Source: a virus. From it: DNA of 47,037 nucleotides. The stretch lies in the UHGV virus genome UHGV-0206534, one strand, 5' to 3'. This document shows, in pieces, positions 8,595 through 18,019 of this stretch (position 1 is its first letter; every line of letters begins with the position of its first letter). The position numbers and the translations under genes are program-made. The notes beneath the pieces were generated by a model, which saw only the letters and a program-made list of their open reading frames with translations, did no database searches and was not told the origin of the DNA.

Positions 8595-9083
8595 ATGACA
8601 ACAATTGCATGGGATGGGGTTACGATTGCGCACGATAGCCAGGCCACTGCCGGGAGCCTTATTATGGCTAACCAGCAGAAGTCTTTTGTACTTGATGCCG
8701 ATGATAGGTTTTTTATTTGCGGAGAGCTGGCTGTATTGATTGTTGGCAGTGGTGCTGCTGGTGATGAGCGATACGCGAAGCAGTTCATGCGGCGGGCCGT
8801 TGATGACATTATGGAGATGCCAGAGGAGCTGGACTTCACCCAGTGGGTATTCACAGACAAAGGGAACTGTTTTGCCATCCAGAAGATTCCTGACAATAAA
8901 TATCCGGCGGTTTACGCAGTCATTCCTCCGCTTGCCGCTGGTTGCGGGCGCGACTTCGCTATGACCGCAATGTATTTGGGGCAGACTGCTGAGCAGGCGG
9001 TAATTACCGCGTCAGCTCTGGATGCCTTCACTGACTCGAATGTTAAAACTTATCAATTCAAGCACGGCGAGGGGATGAAATGA
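8595..9083 (+). CDS. HslV/proteasome beta-subunit-like Ntn hydrolase
   Basis: N-terminal MTTIAWDGVTIAHDSQATAGSLIM aligns with HslV [28 protein letters not shown] (Thr1 nucleophile after Met). Later G.AG..D and A.G.G segments are also conserved. Confidence 0.55.
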   Translation: MTTIAWDGVTIAHDSQATAGSLIMANQQKSFVLDADDRFFICGELAVLIVGSGAAGDERYAKQFMRRAVDDIMEMPEELDFTQWVFTDKGNCFAIQKIPDNKYPAVYAVIPPLAAGCGRDFAMTAMYLGQTAEQAVITASALDAFTDSNVKTYQFKHGEGMK

Positions 9084-9247
9084 TTATTGAAGGTAAAATT
9101 TTTACTGATTTGTCGGTCAGCGAGATAAAAGAGAAATTTTCAATGAACATCAACCAGGAAGGCGACGCAATTATCATCGACAAACACCAGGGCGCGCAGC
9201 TTATCGAAGTCCTGCAAAGCTGGGTTGATGGCGAGGAGATTGAGTGA
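9080..9247 (+). CDS. Hypothetical small protein (55 aa)
   Basis: ATGA overlaps on both sides. Confidence 0.35.
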   Translation: MIIEGKIFTDLSVSEIKEKFSMNINQEGDAIIIDKHQGAQLIEVLQSWVDGEEIE

Positions 9248-9564
9248 TGAGTATAAAGAATCCAATGCACCCAGGGGAGTTCCTTCTTGAAGTTTTCATG
9301 AAGCCATACGGCATCACTTGCGAAGAAATGGCAAGTAATCTAGGTGTATCCCCGTCAACTATCAGCAGGATTACAAGCAAGAAGATGAACTTGACCGCTG
9401 GCATGGCCATGCGCCTCTCTATAGTGGTTGGCAGGACTCCTGAATCATGGATGAACATGCAGAATAATTATAGTCTGAGGCAATTCATAAATGATGATAA
9501 ATCGGAGTTATCCTCTTTAAGGCCAATGAAATTTGAGGCCGTATTTGATAATGAGGCTGAGTGA
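9244..9564 (+). CDS. HigA-family (XRE-type) HTH antitoxin-like protein
   Basis: HPGEFLLEVFMKPYGITCEEMASNLGVSPSTISRI matches the HigA/VapI antidote HTH signature. No HigB partner is nearby. Confidence 0.6.
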   Translation: MMSIKNPMHPGEFLLEVFMKPYGITCEEMASNLGVSPSTISRITSKKMNLTAGMAMRLSIVVGRTPESWMNMQNNYSLRQFINDDKSELSSLRPMKFEAVFDNEAE

Positions 9565-9746
9565 TGTCGTATTTCTTCCTGATATTCGTAATCACAAGCA
9601 ATACTTCCAATATGCAGGTGGTGCCGATGCAAAGCATGGAGCAGTGCAGGGCGGCTGTTACTGCAATGAAAATCGCCGAGGAAAAGCGGACGTGGCATGA
9701 TGTAAGTCCAAATGTTGACAGTTTACAATGCGTTGAGGTGAAGTGA
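9561..9746 (+). CDS. Hypothetical protein (61 aa)
   Basis: Overlapping start/stop with neighbours. Confidence 0.35.
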   Translation: MMSYFFLIFVITSNTSNMQVVPMQSMEQCRAAVTAMKIAEEKRTWHDVSPNVDSLQCVEVK

Positions 9747-9964
9747 TGAGTTGCATTAGGATACCAAATGGAATTATTTGCACTTATGATTTGCACAGGT
9801 TGAGATTAGAGGATGGAACTTGCGTTTTCATGTCATGGCATCATTATTGTGGTCCAGAGTTTTATCGTGACAAGATGGAAAGGCGCATGATTGATGATTG
9901 GTGGGAAAACCCACTAATATGCAAAGCACTTGATTGGTTTATGTCTCGCGGAAACAGGTCTTGA
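9743..9964 (+). CDS. Hypothetical Cys/Trp-rich protein (73 aa)
   Basis: ORF in a coupled operon. Confidence 0.4.
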   Translation: MMSCIRIPNGIICTYDLHRLRLEDGTCVFMSWHHYCGPEFYRDKMERRMIDDWWENPLICKALDWFMSRGNRS

Positions 9965-9976
9965 CCATGCTATAAT

Positions 9977-10001
9977 CCCATCACTACCGATGGGATTTTT
10001 T
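9977..10001 (+). terminator. Rho-independent terminator
   Basis: CCCATCACTACCGATGGG followed by ATTTTTT. Confidence 0.5.
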
Positions 10002-10012
10002 ATGGTGACGAA

Positions 10013-11461
10013 ATGTCAAAGTTAGAGGCGGTAAACGCCTATATTCAGCAGCGAGTGGCGAACAATAACAGACTCATCGAGCGTCAGCGTCGGGAGTTTG
10101 GCGGTGTAAACATAGATCAGAAGCATACCAGACTGTATGTCGAATGTGGCTACCCTGAAGAAATCACCGCCGAGATGTTCCGCTATGCCTATGAGCGCTA
10201 TGCACCGGCAGCAGCTGGCGTCAATCGCGTACTCGATAAGTGCTGGCAGACTCCGCCGCAAATCCTTCAGGAAGGCGCCGATGATAAAGCGAGCACTCAG
10301 TGGGAGAAAGCAGCCAACAAGCTGTTTAAGCGCGCCGCGCCATTCATCAAGGATGCTGACCGCCGCAACCTCATCAACCGCTACTCCGGCCTCATCCTGC
10401 AAATCCGTGACGGAAAGCAGTGGAATGAGCCGGTAGACACCACGAAAACAAAACGCATCAAGGATGCTGCCATTGTCCGCTACATTCCGGCGTGGGAGGA
10501 GCAGCTAACCGTCAGCGATTGGGAGAATGACGAAGCCAGTGAGGACTATGGTCAGCCGAAGATGTACCTGTATCAGGAGTCGGTAATAGGCGCCTGCAAT
10601 AACGACGGCAAACCAACGCGCTCCCTGAGTATTCACCCTGACCGCATTATAGTATTTGCCGAGGGTGCGATGGATGGCTCCATTTACTCTGGCGTCCCGC
10701 TTCTGCGTGCCGGGTATAACCACCTCATCGATATGGCGAAAGTCACCGGCTCAAGCGCCGAGGGCTTCCTGAAGAATGCCAGTCGACAGCTCAACGTTAA
10801 TTATAATAAAGACAGCGTTTCCGCGCAGTCTCTGGCGCAGCAAATGGGCGTGCCGCTGGAAGAGCTGGCTGACGTGCTCAATGAGGATGTAGCACGTCTG
10901 AATGAGGCAATTGACGCGGCGATGTTCACGATGGGCGCAGATGTCAAAGTGCTCTCAGTGACGCCAGCAGACCCAGGGCCGACCTGGACTATTGCAGCCA
11001 ATCAGTTTGCGGCATCCATCAAGAAGCCATTCACCATCCTGTTTGGTCAGCAGACTGGCCGCCTTGCATCCGATGAGGATAAAACCGACGACGCCATGAG
11101 CGCCAAACAGCGTCGCGAGGACTGGCTTGATTACATCATTTCGGTATTCATCGACCGGATGATTTCCTTTGGCATTCTGGATAAGGCGCCAGAAAGCGGT
11201 TATTACTGCAAATGGGATGACCTGCTCGCACCTTCCGAACTGAACAAGGCTGACCTGCTGGTCAAACTTGCCACCGCAAACAAATCCGTATTCGATGCGG
11301 GCCAGATGGCCCTGATGACCGCTGATGAGATGCGTGGCATTGTTGGCATGGAGCCTCTGGAGGAGCAGCTTCCTGAAGGATTGCAGGAAGGTCAGCAGCA
11401 AGGCCAGCAATCGCAGCAAGACCAACAGCAGGACCAGACCGATGCGCCTCCTCAAAATTAA
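10013..11461 (+). CDS. Putative portal protein
   Basis: 482 aa, positioned between terminase and head morphogenesis genes. Acidic, Q-rich C-terminal tail. Confidence 0.5.
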   Translation: MSKLEAVNAYIQQRVANNNRLIERQRREFGGVNIDQKHTRLYVECGYPEEITAEMFRYAYERYAPAAAGVNRVLDKCWQTPPQILQEGADDKASTQWEKAANKLFKRAAPFIKDADRRNLINRYSGLILQIRDGKQWNEPVDTTKTKRIKDAAIVRYIPAWEEQLTVSDWENDEASEDYGQPKMYLYQESVIGACNNDGKPTRSLSIHPDRIIVFAEGAMDGSIYSGVPLLRAGYNHLIDMAKVTGSSAEGFLKNASRQLNVNYNKDSVSAQSLAQQMGVPLEELADVLNEDVARLNEAIDAAMFTMGADVKVLSVTPADPGPTWTIAANQFAASIKKPFTILFGQQTGRLASDEDKTDDAMSAKQRREDWLDYIISVFIDRMISFGILDKAPESGYYCKWDDLLAPSELNKADLLVKLATANKSVFDAGQMALMTADEMRGIVGMEPLEEQLPEGLQEGQQQGQQSQQDQQQDQTDAPPQN

Positions 11462-12386
11462 TGCCCGGCTTCCGCAGCCAAAATTAAGCATGAGCCTGAC
11501 AGACCCACTCGGCGCAGTGGGGCGTGTCAATAAGATGGTGCGCGATGTTGACGCCAGATATGTGACGCTAAAATCGCAGGTTGCCGAACTGTTCCGCACC
11601 ATTCCTGTGGCGACCGGCAATGCTGAGGCTGGAAATTATTATTATGATTTCTCTGCCTACCGCGCATCGACATTCTTTGATGAACTTCAGCGCATTCTTG
11701 ATGGTCAGCTGCTGGAAGGAGATGATTTCACGCATGGAAGGCTGTGGGCATCATCCTATGTCAGTGACGCCATGTATGCTGGTACGCAGAAGGCAAACTC
11801 AGACCTTGGCGACCTGTCGTCGGCATACAAAGACAGCAGGCCACTTGCTGAAATCCTGTACTCTCAGCCGTATCTCGACCGGCTCCAGCTTGCGTACACG
11901 CGCACGTATAACGACTGGGGCGGACTTTCAGATTACACGCGTCAGCAGGTGGCGGAAGTCATTACTGCTGGCATTGCAAATGGAGATGCGCCTGGAGTGG
12001 TTGAGCAAAACATCGTTAATCGCATGGATGTGTCAAGGAGCTATGCGCGATCAATTGCTCAGACTGAAATCACCAACACCCTGCGCGAATCTAACAGGCG
12101 CGAAGTGAAAGAGGCACAAGTCACGCTGGGTATGGATACCATCATGCTCTGGCAGTCGGCGCTGATGAAAACAACCCGCGTTACTCATGCCGCGCGTCAT
12201 GGGAAGTATTACACCCCGGAAGAGATTGATGAGTTCTACAGCGAGGGCGCAAACCGACGTAACTGTCACTGCGCACAGACCCCAGCGCTGGTGATGGATG
12301 GCAAGCCGGTGATACTTGAGAAGACGCAGGAAAGGCTCGATAAGCAGCGTGAAGCATGGCAGGACACACACAAGAAAGCCGCCTGA
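11442..12386 (+). CDS. Head morphogenesis protein (SPP1 gp7-like minor capsid protein); start uncertain
   Basis: Position after the portal. C-terminal [11 protein letters not shown]...NRRNCHC is conserved in gp7-family proteins. Confidence 0.5.
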   Translation: MRLLKINARLPQPKLSMSLTDPLGAVGRVNKMVRDVDARYVTLKSQVAELFRTIPVATGNAEAGNYYYDFSAYRASTFFDELQRILDGQLLEGDDFTHGRLWASSYVSDAMYAGTQKANSDLGDLSSAYKDSRPLAEILYSQPYLDRLQLAYTRTYNDWGGLSDYTRQQVAEVITAGIANGDAPGVVEQNIVNRMDVSRSYARSIAQTEITNTLRESNRREVKEAQVTLGMDTIMLWQSALMKTTRVTHAARHGKYYTPEEIDEFYSEGANRRNCHCAQTPALVMDGKPVILEKTQERLDKQREAWQDTHKKAA

Positions 12387-12590
12387 TGGCGGCCTCTGTT
12401 AACGCTTTTTAATGAACCCTCCGCAACCACACTTTGGGCACATCGTATATCGAATACCTGGCTTTTCAATTCTGTCGCGGTTGTGATGTTCGTGCTTGCA
12501 TGCTACGCAGATGACAATCATTAATCCTCCAGCTTCATGCCTTCACTTTGCGGTATTCGGCGTTGGTCAGTGCGTTGGTTATAGAATCCA

Positions 12591-13142
12591 TTATTCTGTA
12601 ATCTCAATTTCAATGCTTTTATCACACTCATTACCCCATGTGTCCCACCCATCTGGAGCCTCTCTGGAAAATAATTCTATTCGCGGAATGTCGCCAACAA
12701 GCTCAATGATTTTATCGCGCACCAATGCAGGTTTTCTGCTGTGCTGCATTATTGGTTCTTCAATAATTGAGTGAACGCTCATAGATATTCTTTTTGGCTT
12801 TCCCTTTACAGCAAGAAGGCAGATTTCAGCATTTGATCTTGTCCAACGCCCCATCCCCCAGAAGTTAGTTAATGATCTCTTGTTTTTCTTTACCCATGTA
12901 AAGGCATTCGTCTTATACTCAAACCCCCACGCATCGATAAGCTCTAGCGCCTCCTTTATCTTTGGGAAGGTGGCCCACATAAAAAGAATGCAGTCATCAT
13001 CGGTTATTGATTGTATATCTAGCTTGCAAAGTTCTGAGTTTTTTGTTGTTTTGTAATGCCTCTCTGCACCTCCGCGATTTAAAGATTTATCATCGTATGA
13101 CCACGGCGGATCTGCATAAATAATTTTGTACTTCTTCATCAT
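12591..13142 (-). CDS. DNA N6-adenine methyltransferase (MT-A70/Dam-like)
   Basis: DPPW catalytic motif (IIYADPPWSY). 183 aa. Confidence 0.8.
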   Translation of the reverse strand: MMKKYKIIYADPPWSYDDKSLNRGGAERHYKTTKNSELCKLDIQSITDDDCILFMWATFPKIKEALELIDAWGFEYKTNAFTWVKKNKRSLTNFWGMGRWTRSNAEICLLAVKGKPKRISMSVHSIIEEPIMQHSRKPALVRDKIIELVGDIPRIELFSREAPDGWDTWGNECDKSIEIEITE

Positions 13143-13951
13143 CAGTCCTCCAGTTTCACGCCGGGGATTTTACCGGCTGCGATGGCATTGTAAAGTTCAT
13201 ACCACATACTGCCGAGTAATTGACCATCGCTGAGTTTCTCTCCGTATGTAAAATTAGCGGAATTTACAGCCTTAGCCAGAGACATAATGACCTCCTCGCG
13301 CTTCTTATCGGCTTCGGTGCGGAGTGGGCGGAACTCATCAGCCTTATCACCAAAAAAAACAAGTCGGTAATCGTATGACCACCCGAAGGTGAATCCGTCA
13401 TTTTTGGCAATGATGTCAACTGGGAGCCACGTGCCTTTACTATCCTGCATTTCACACGCGCACCCAATAGGAGGCAAGCCCTCGCCATTCCATTCTGGCA
13501 TATCAACATCCTGACCAATGCACTCATTCAAATCCTGCTCCATTCGGTCATTGTTGGCGCGGGATTTGATGTCTGGTTTGTGAGGGCGGTAGGCGATGAT
13601 GTCTGCACTCCAGTTATCGTGATTCCATAGCAAGTCAATGGCTTCAATATTCCTGTCATCATATCCATCTCTAAATCTCACATCAACCAGCGTGCCTTCT
13701 TCCACCGGGCACTCACCACCACCCCACTCAATCCAGCCTTCATTTTTGGCAGCCAGCGCGGCTTCGTACTGTCCGGCGTAAACAACATCGCAGATTTGAG
13801 TATCAATACCTGTAATTAATGCCTTTTTAATTTCAATGCCGCCAGGTTTATACGCCCCAGCCTCACCATTGTAAGAGCAATACTTTTCAGCACCATCAGG
13901 CCACCCACCACGCTTCGGTAATTCTTCAATCAAAATATCAATCAGCTTCAT
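13142..13951 (-). CDS. Hypothetical protein (269 aa)
   Basis: Long ORF co-oriented and overlapping with the methyltransferase gene. Confidence 0.5.
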   Translation of the reverse strand: MKLIDILIEELPKRGGWPDGAEKYCSYNGEAGAYKPGGIEIKKALITGIDTQICDVVYAGQYEAALAAKNEGWIEWGGGECPVEEGTLVDVRFRDGYDDRNIEAIDLLWNHDNWSADIIAYRPHKPDIKSRANNDRMEQDLNECIGQDVDMPEWNGEGLPPIGCACEMQDSKGTWLPVDIIAKNDGFTFGWSYDYRLVFFGDKADEFRPLRTEADKKREEVIMSLAKAVNSANFTYGEKLSDGQLLGSMWYELYNAIAAGKIPGVKLED

Positions 13952-14078
13952 TTCTTCTCTCCGTTATAAATGCTTTTCAGTTCACCCATCACATTCAGCC
14001 ATGCGGCATGTTCATCCATGCTGCGCATCACCAGCTTAACGTAGCGATTGCGGGCCTTAAACATCAGGCGCGGGCACA

Positions 14079-14369
14079 TTACAAGTCACCCATGCTTGAT
14101 ACGCAAAGCGCAATTGTGATTACCTTGATTTCTTTCGGTGTTTTGTTCGGCATTGAGTAGGCCATATTCACTGTTGCGCCAAGAACCTTGTTGGCATCCG
14201 CGCCGTACTCAGGGCTTTGCGCTACCTCCATTGCTATGCTCTGAGGCACACCGGAGTCACGAGCATCAGCCGCGGCGAATCCAACATCACCAACTTTGCT
14301 GCACACCTCGCCAGCTGATGCACCAAAAGAAGCCATTGCAAATACTGCCACTGCGATAAACTTTTTCAT
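14079..14369 (-). CDS. Small secreted protein (96 aa, signal peptide)
   Basis: MKKFIAVAVFAMASFGASA signal peptide. Confidence 0.5.
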   Translation of the reverse strand: MKKFIAVAVFAMASFGASAGEVCSKVGDVGFAAADARDSGVPQSIAMEVAQSPEYGADANKVLGATVNMAYSMPNKTPKEIKVITIALCVSSMGDL

Positions 14370-14413
14370 CTTGAATCCCCTGTGTTTGTGTAACTACATC
14401 ATCGCCTACGATT

Positions 14414-14429
14414 CAATCTACGTCAAGGC
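14414..14429. promoter_or_regulatory. Conserved element TCAATCTACGTCAAGG in a divergent promoter region
   Basis: A -10 TAAAAT lies 13 bp downstream, serving the rightward lysis operon. Confidence 0.5.
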
Positions 14430-14467
14430 TATTGTGATAAAATAATCTGCATCACCGGAGGTAAAAA

Positions 14468-14905
14468 ATGAAACTATCAACGCGCGGAAAGAATTTAATT
14501 AAATCTCATGAAGGGTTAGTGCTTGCAGTCTACCCTGACCCGGCAACCGGAGGCTCTCCGTACACCGCTGGATACGGTCATACCGGAAGCGATGTTAAGC
14601 CGGGAATGAAGGTCACGCAGGCAATGGCTGACGCATGGTTTGATAAAGACGTAGCAAAGTTTGAAAGCGGCGTCTCGTCGCTCATTACTGCCCCAACGAC
14701 TCAGGGCCAGTTTGATGCAATGGTGTCTCTGGCCTATAACATCGGCCTTGGCAACTTTGGTAAATCAACTCTGCTGAAAAAGCATAACGCCCGCTGCTAC
14801 ACCTGCGCCGCCGACCAGTTCCGGGTGTGGAATCGCGCTAATGGCAAGGTCATGAACGGACTCACTAAGCGCCGCGCTGCGGAGCGTGAGGTTTACATGG
14901 GATGA
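14468..14905 (+). CDS. Endolysin (GH24 lysozyme)
   Basis: LKSHEGLVLAVYPDPATGGSPYTAGYGHTG is typical of the phage lysozyme family. Confidence 0.85.
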   Translation: MKLSTRGKNLIKSHEGLVLAVYPDPATGGSPYTAGYGHTGSDVKPGMKVTQAMADAWFDKDVAKFESGVSSLITAPTTQGQFDAMVSLAYNIGLGNFGKSTLLKKHNARCYTCAADQFRVWNRANGKVMNGLTKRRAAEREVYMG

Positions 14906-15147
14906 GGCGATTAACTAACTGGCTTATCGGCATCTGGGCTTCATTCTGCTCGCTGATTCAGCTCTGGCCTGATGCAATGGTTCATGTGTGGGCGTTTATG
15001 CCGGAAGACCTAAAGTCTGCCATTCCTCCGATTGCAGTCAAGGCCATCAGCTATAGCATCCTGGTTGCTTCACTGTTTGGGAAAATGCACGGCATGAAGA
15101 AAGAGATTAAGGCGCTGAAAAATGATTCTGCAAATCCTCAAGGCTAA
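14902..15147 (+). CDS. Putative holin (two TM helices)
   Basis: ATGA overlap with the endolysin. Two hydrophobic helices and a charged C-terminus. Confidence 0.4.
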   Translation: MRRLTNWLIGIWASFCSLIQLWPDAMVHVWAFMPEDLKSAIPPIAVKAISYSILVASLFGKMHGMKKEIKALKNDSANPQG

Positions 15148-15604
15148 CTGGAAAGTCGTTGCGGCCATCATCGGAGTGGCACTTCTGGCGCTGATTATCT
15201 ACGGAAAGTGGGTCAATTACGGCAAGGAGAGGTATAACTCTGGATATCTGGCCGCCGTAGAGGCGCAGAAGGTCAAAGACAAAGAGGCAAGCGAACAACA
15301 TGAACAAGACAAAAAGACCATCGAGCAGGAAGCGCAGGGTCGCATTGATGCCGCGCGTGCTGATGCTATTAATGCTGCTTCCAGCGCTGACAGGATGCGC
15401 GAAGAAACAGATCGAATACGCAAGCTCGCAGAGCATTATACCGGAACTCAGCCAGCGAGCATATCAACCAGAAAGGTCATCGTTATGCTTACCCAATTGC
15501 TTGACGAGAGCAACGATTCTTATCGACGAACAGCGGAAGAAGCTGACAGGTATTACAACTCTGGACTGACATGCCAAAAGCAGTACGAATCACTAATAAA
15601 ATGA
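15122..15604 (+). CDS. Rz: i-spanin Rz
   Basis: N-terminal TM helix, then a coiled-coil periplasmic domain. Confidence 0.7.
   Translation: MILQILKANWKVVAAIIGVALLALIIYGKWVNYGKERYNSGYLAAVEAQKVKDKEASEQHEQDKKTIEQEAQGRIDAARADAINAASSADRMREETDRIRKLAEHYTGTQPASISTRKVIVMLTQLLDESNDSYRRTAEEADRYYNSGLTCQKQYESLIK
15348..15569 (+). CDS. Rz1: o-spanin Rz1 lipoprotein embedded in the +1 frame of Rz
   Basis: MPRVLMLLMLLPALTGC lipobox. Fully embedded in Rz. Confidence 0.65.
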   Translation: MPRVLMLLMLLPALTGCAKKQIEYASSQSIIPELSQRAYQPERSSLCLPNCLTRATILIDEQRKKLTGITTLD

Positions 15605-15694
15605 TATAATCACAGTGCAGCTAGTCCGGCCAGACGAAAAGCGATTGGTTATCGCCTGCTGCATCACTTCAAACCACCTTTAACCGAGGATTCA

Positions 15695-16204
15695 ATGATG
15701 CTTAATCAAGAATACATAAAGCAGATACTGCATTACTCGCCATCAAGTGGTTTATTTTACTGGAATAAACCCGGAAGAAAGATAGATGGAAAAGTGGCAG
15801 GTAGCCGCAAGAGCAATGGGTATCTACAAATAGAAATTGAGCGCAGAAAGTTTTACCTCCACAGATTGGCTTGGCTTTACGTTTATGGCGACATGCCGCA
15901 TGTTGAGGTTGATCACATCAATGGAATTAGGGATGACAACAGGATTTGCAATCTAAGGCTTGCAAGTAGATCTCAAAATGGAATGAACACTATCAAACCA
16001 GCAACAAACACATCAGGAATCAAGGGCGTTAGTTGGGATAAAAGGAATAATAAATGGTGTGCTCAAATAAAGATAAATCAAAAAACCGTATGGCTTGGCA
16101 GGCACGCATCAATTGAATCGGCATCCATAGCTATAGAACGCGCCAGGAGGGAGATTCACGGAGATTTTGCTTGCAACGGTGTGAGGGAAGAGGGGCAGGA
16201 TTGA
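15695..16204 (+). CDS. HNH homing endonuclease with AP2 DNA-binding domain
   Basis: HRLAWLYVYG...VDHINGIRDDNRICNLRL (HNH_3), then GVSWDKRNNKWCAQIKINQKTVWLGRHA (AP2). Confidence 0.8.
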   Translation: MMLNQEYIKQILHYSPSSGLFYWNKPGRKIDGKVAGSRKSNGYLQIEIERRKFYLHRLAWLYVYGDMPHVEVDHINGIRDDNRICNLRLASRSQNGMNTIKPATNTSGIKGVSWDKRNNKWCAQIKINQKTVWLGRHASIESASIAIERARREIHGDFACNGVREEGQD

Positions 16205-16235
16205 CTTGTCAGGCTCGATATAACTCCCTGCACAA

Positions 16236-16265
16236 TAAAAAAGCCCCGTAAAGGGGCTTTGTTTT
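16236..16265. terminator. Bidirectional rho-independent terminator
   Basis: AAAAAAGCCCCGTAAAGGGGCTTTGTTTT. Confidence 0.75.
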
Positions 16266-16285
16266 AACCTTCTCCGTAGCCAATG

Positions 16286-16450
16286 TTAATCATTCAAAAA
16301 CTCCTCCGTAGTGAATCCAGCCTCAGATCTAAGTGGCTCAGCAGATGTTGGCGTAATGATGATTGACGCATGAGGATTGGCATTATCATTCAGCCATTTA
16401 ACCATCTCTTTTGCCATCACGGTAAATTCATTGCGTTTTTCTTCAGTCAT
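16286..16450 (-). CDS. Hypothetical small protein (54 aa)
   Basis: ORF below the track cutoff, 8 nt downstream of the upstream minus-strand gene. Confidence 0.3.
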   Translation of the reverse strand: MTEEKRNEFTVMAKEMVKWLNDNANPHASIIITPTSAEPLRSEAGFTTEEFLND

Positions 16451-16458
16451 TTCATGTC

Positions 16459-16671
16459 TCACTCATACAGTGGTTTCATTTCATACCCAAACATGGTCGC
16501 ATTCTTGTGCTCAACGCTACCAGCAAACGCCAGATAGCGGCGACCACGATTGCTGGTGATGATGTAGGCTACTGGCTCTCCAATCCTCGGGACGTGATAG
16601 TCTCGCCGGGCAGGTTCGTGTAATTCCACCATGTCGATTTCGATGCGTGGCGTTGGATTTTTGATTGGCAT
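16459..16671 (-). CDS. Hypothetical protein (70 aa)
   Basis: ATGA-type coupling to the upstream membrane-protein gene. Confidence 0.45.
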   Translation of the reverse strand: MPIKNPTPRIEIDMVELHEPARRDYHVPRIGEPVAYIITSNRGRRYLAFAGSVEHKNATMFGYEMKPLYE

Positions 16672-17033
16672 TATTTACCAGCCTCCTCTGCTACCTTTTC
16701 TTTCATCGCCATCATAAGGATAACCGCGACAGCGTAAAAACCACCAAGCCAGAAGTAGCCAAGTGCGAACATCGCTGCTATTTCGCAGAAAGATGTTATC
16801 GCTCCATACTTTTTATGAATCCATAGTGGCTTTTTGTATCTGGCGACCGCCTTTTGTAGTAAATCATCAGATGCAATGGTGCTGATAGCAACAATGATGC
16901 CGCCAATGCTGATGAACCAGAAAAAAGCCACAGCCATGTTATATGCATACACATTCTGCATAAACAGGCCGAAGTAAATCAGCGGCCACGTCAGGAGGAT
17001 ATCCCATGCGATGTTTTTCAGGAGTCTTTTCAT
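16671..17033 (-). CDS. Inner-membrane protein (4 predicted TM helices, 120 aa)
   Basis: Strongly hydrophobic segments. Confidence 0.5.
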   Translation of the reverse strand: MKRLLKNIAWDILLTWPLIYFGLFMQNVYAYNMAVAFFWFISIGGIIVAISTIASDDLLQKAVARYKKPLWIHKKYGAITSFCEIAAMFALGYFWLGGFYAVAVILMMAMKEKVAEEAGK

Positions 17034-17257
17034 GGTTTCACCATCGATGCTTTGCTAACGCTTTTGTTGATGTGCTGGATGCACTTAATAATCACCCCAA
17101 CCTCATCATGAGTAAATACCCTGCAATCATATGCAGCATTGACTTTGTCGCCAGTCACTTCAATAGTCAGGTGCTTGCATTTGAATCGTGCAGCAAACCC
17201 ATTACACTCAAAGTGCCCTGATTCTTGTGCTTCGATACTTTTGCATTGTGCCATCAC
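17030..17257 (-). CDS. Hypothetical Cys-rich protein (75 aa)
   Basis: Coupled ORF. Confidence 0.4.
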   Translation of the reverse strand: MMAQCKSIEAQESGHFECNGFAARFKCKHLTIEVTGDKVNAAYDCRVFTHDEVGVIIKCIQHINKSVSKASMVKP

Positions 17258-17724
17258 TTCACCTCCCCATTCAGTTCATTAACAATTAATGTTGCATAGC
17301 CAGCGATGTCTTTCCAGCTATCGTCGTATGTAGGGTCGCCATTCAGGATGCGGCCAATTTTATGCTGAATCATGTCGAGCGCTTCCTTCTGGCTCGCCGT
17401 CAGGTTGTCCCAGCCATCAACGTCGCGCATGGTGTCTTTCAGTGATTGCATGATATCCGCGCCGTCTTTGAATTTGCCATAGCAGCTGCCGCGCTCGGTG
17501 ATGATGGCTTCTGTGGACCTGGCGCGCCCATTCAGGTCATCATCAGTTACTGGCTCACGATGGGCGATAACAATATCGCCAGCCTTTTCGATATCCTTAT
17601 CTCGCCCTGCATAATCCGCGCTGAGGTAGTAGATTTTGCCACTGGTTGCTGATTTCAAAACAAGAACGGCATCTTCATGACCATTAAAATAATCAGCACT
17701 TCCTTTCAGGTATTTGTATTTCAT
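17254..17724 (-). CDS. Hypothetical protein (156 aa)
   Basis: Coupled ORF. Confidence 0.5.
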   Translation of the reverse strand: MKYKYLKGSADYFNGHEDAVLVLKSATSGKIYYLSADYAGRDKDIEKAGDIVIAHREPVTDDDLNGRARSTEAIITERGSCYGKFKDGADIMQSLKDTMRDVDGWDNLTASQKEALDMIQHKIGRILNGDPTYDDSWKDIAGYATLIVNELNGEVK

Positions 17725-17924
17725 AACTCCACCCTCAATGTAACTTTGTTTTTCTCATCCACGCTGAAGTGTTCGCGCACAAACGCATACATTTCTTCAG
17801 CGCTCCATTCACGCATTGCTACATAGCAGTGCGCGTAATATCTGACATCTCGCAGGCTTAGCGGCTGGCGCTTAGCGATAATCTCAGTCAGTACTTCCAG
17901 TGGTTCTTTGCGTTGTCTCGCCAT
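17721..17924 (-). CDS. Hypothetical protein (67 aa)
   Basis: First gene of the leftward operon. Confidence 0.45.
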   Translation of the reverse strand: MARQRKEPLEVLTEIIAKRQPLSLRDVRYYAHCYVAMREWSAEEMYAFVREHFSVDEKNKVTLRVEL

Positions 17925-17947
17925 TGTCGCTCTCCTGTGAAATCATC

Positions 17948-17992
17948 TTGACGAATCTACGTCAATTAGTCAATACTCTGTGTTGTAGATTG
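17948..17992. promoter_or_regulatory. Divergent promoter region with conserved element and an inverted partial copy
   Basis: TTGACG (17948-53), AATCTACGTCAA (17954-65), and GTAGATT (17986-92) as an inverted half-site. Confidence 0.5.
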
Positions 17993-18019
17993 TACCATAA
18001 TGATAAAAGGTGGTGTGGA

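Noticed and set aside
9080-9247. Candidate HigB toxin upstream of the HigA-like gene
   Set aside because: The 55-aa product has no RelE/HigB-like features and is too short.
9960-9978. TTGACC ... TGCTATAAT promoter-like sequence
   Set aside because: The spacer between the -35-like and -10-like hexamers is only 4 bp. The adjacent hairpin plus T-run is better read as a terminator.
10955-11620. 221-aa minus-strand ORF
   Set aside because: Antisense to the portal and head morphogenesis genes. It has no start context and a Leu/Arg-rich, low-complexity translation.
11581-12108. 175-aa plus-strand ORF in an alternate frame
   Set aside because: Fully inside the head morphogenesis gene in another frame. 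Its Arg/Ser/Cys-rich translation is an artefact.
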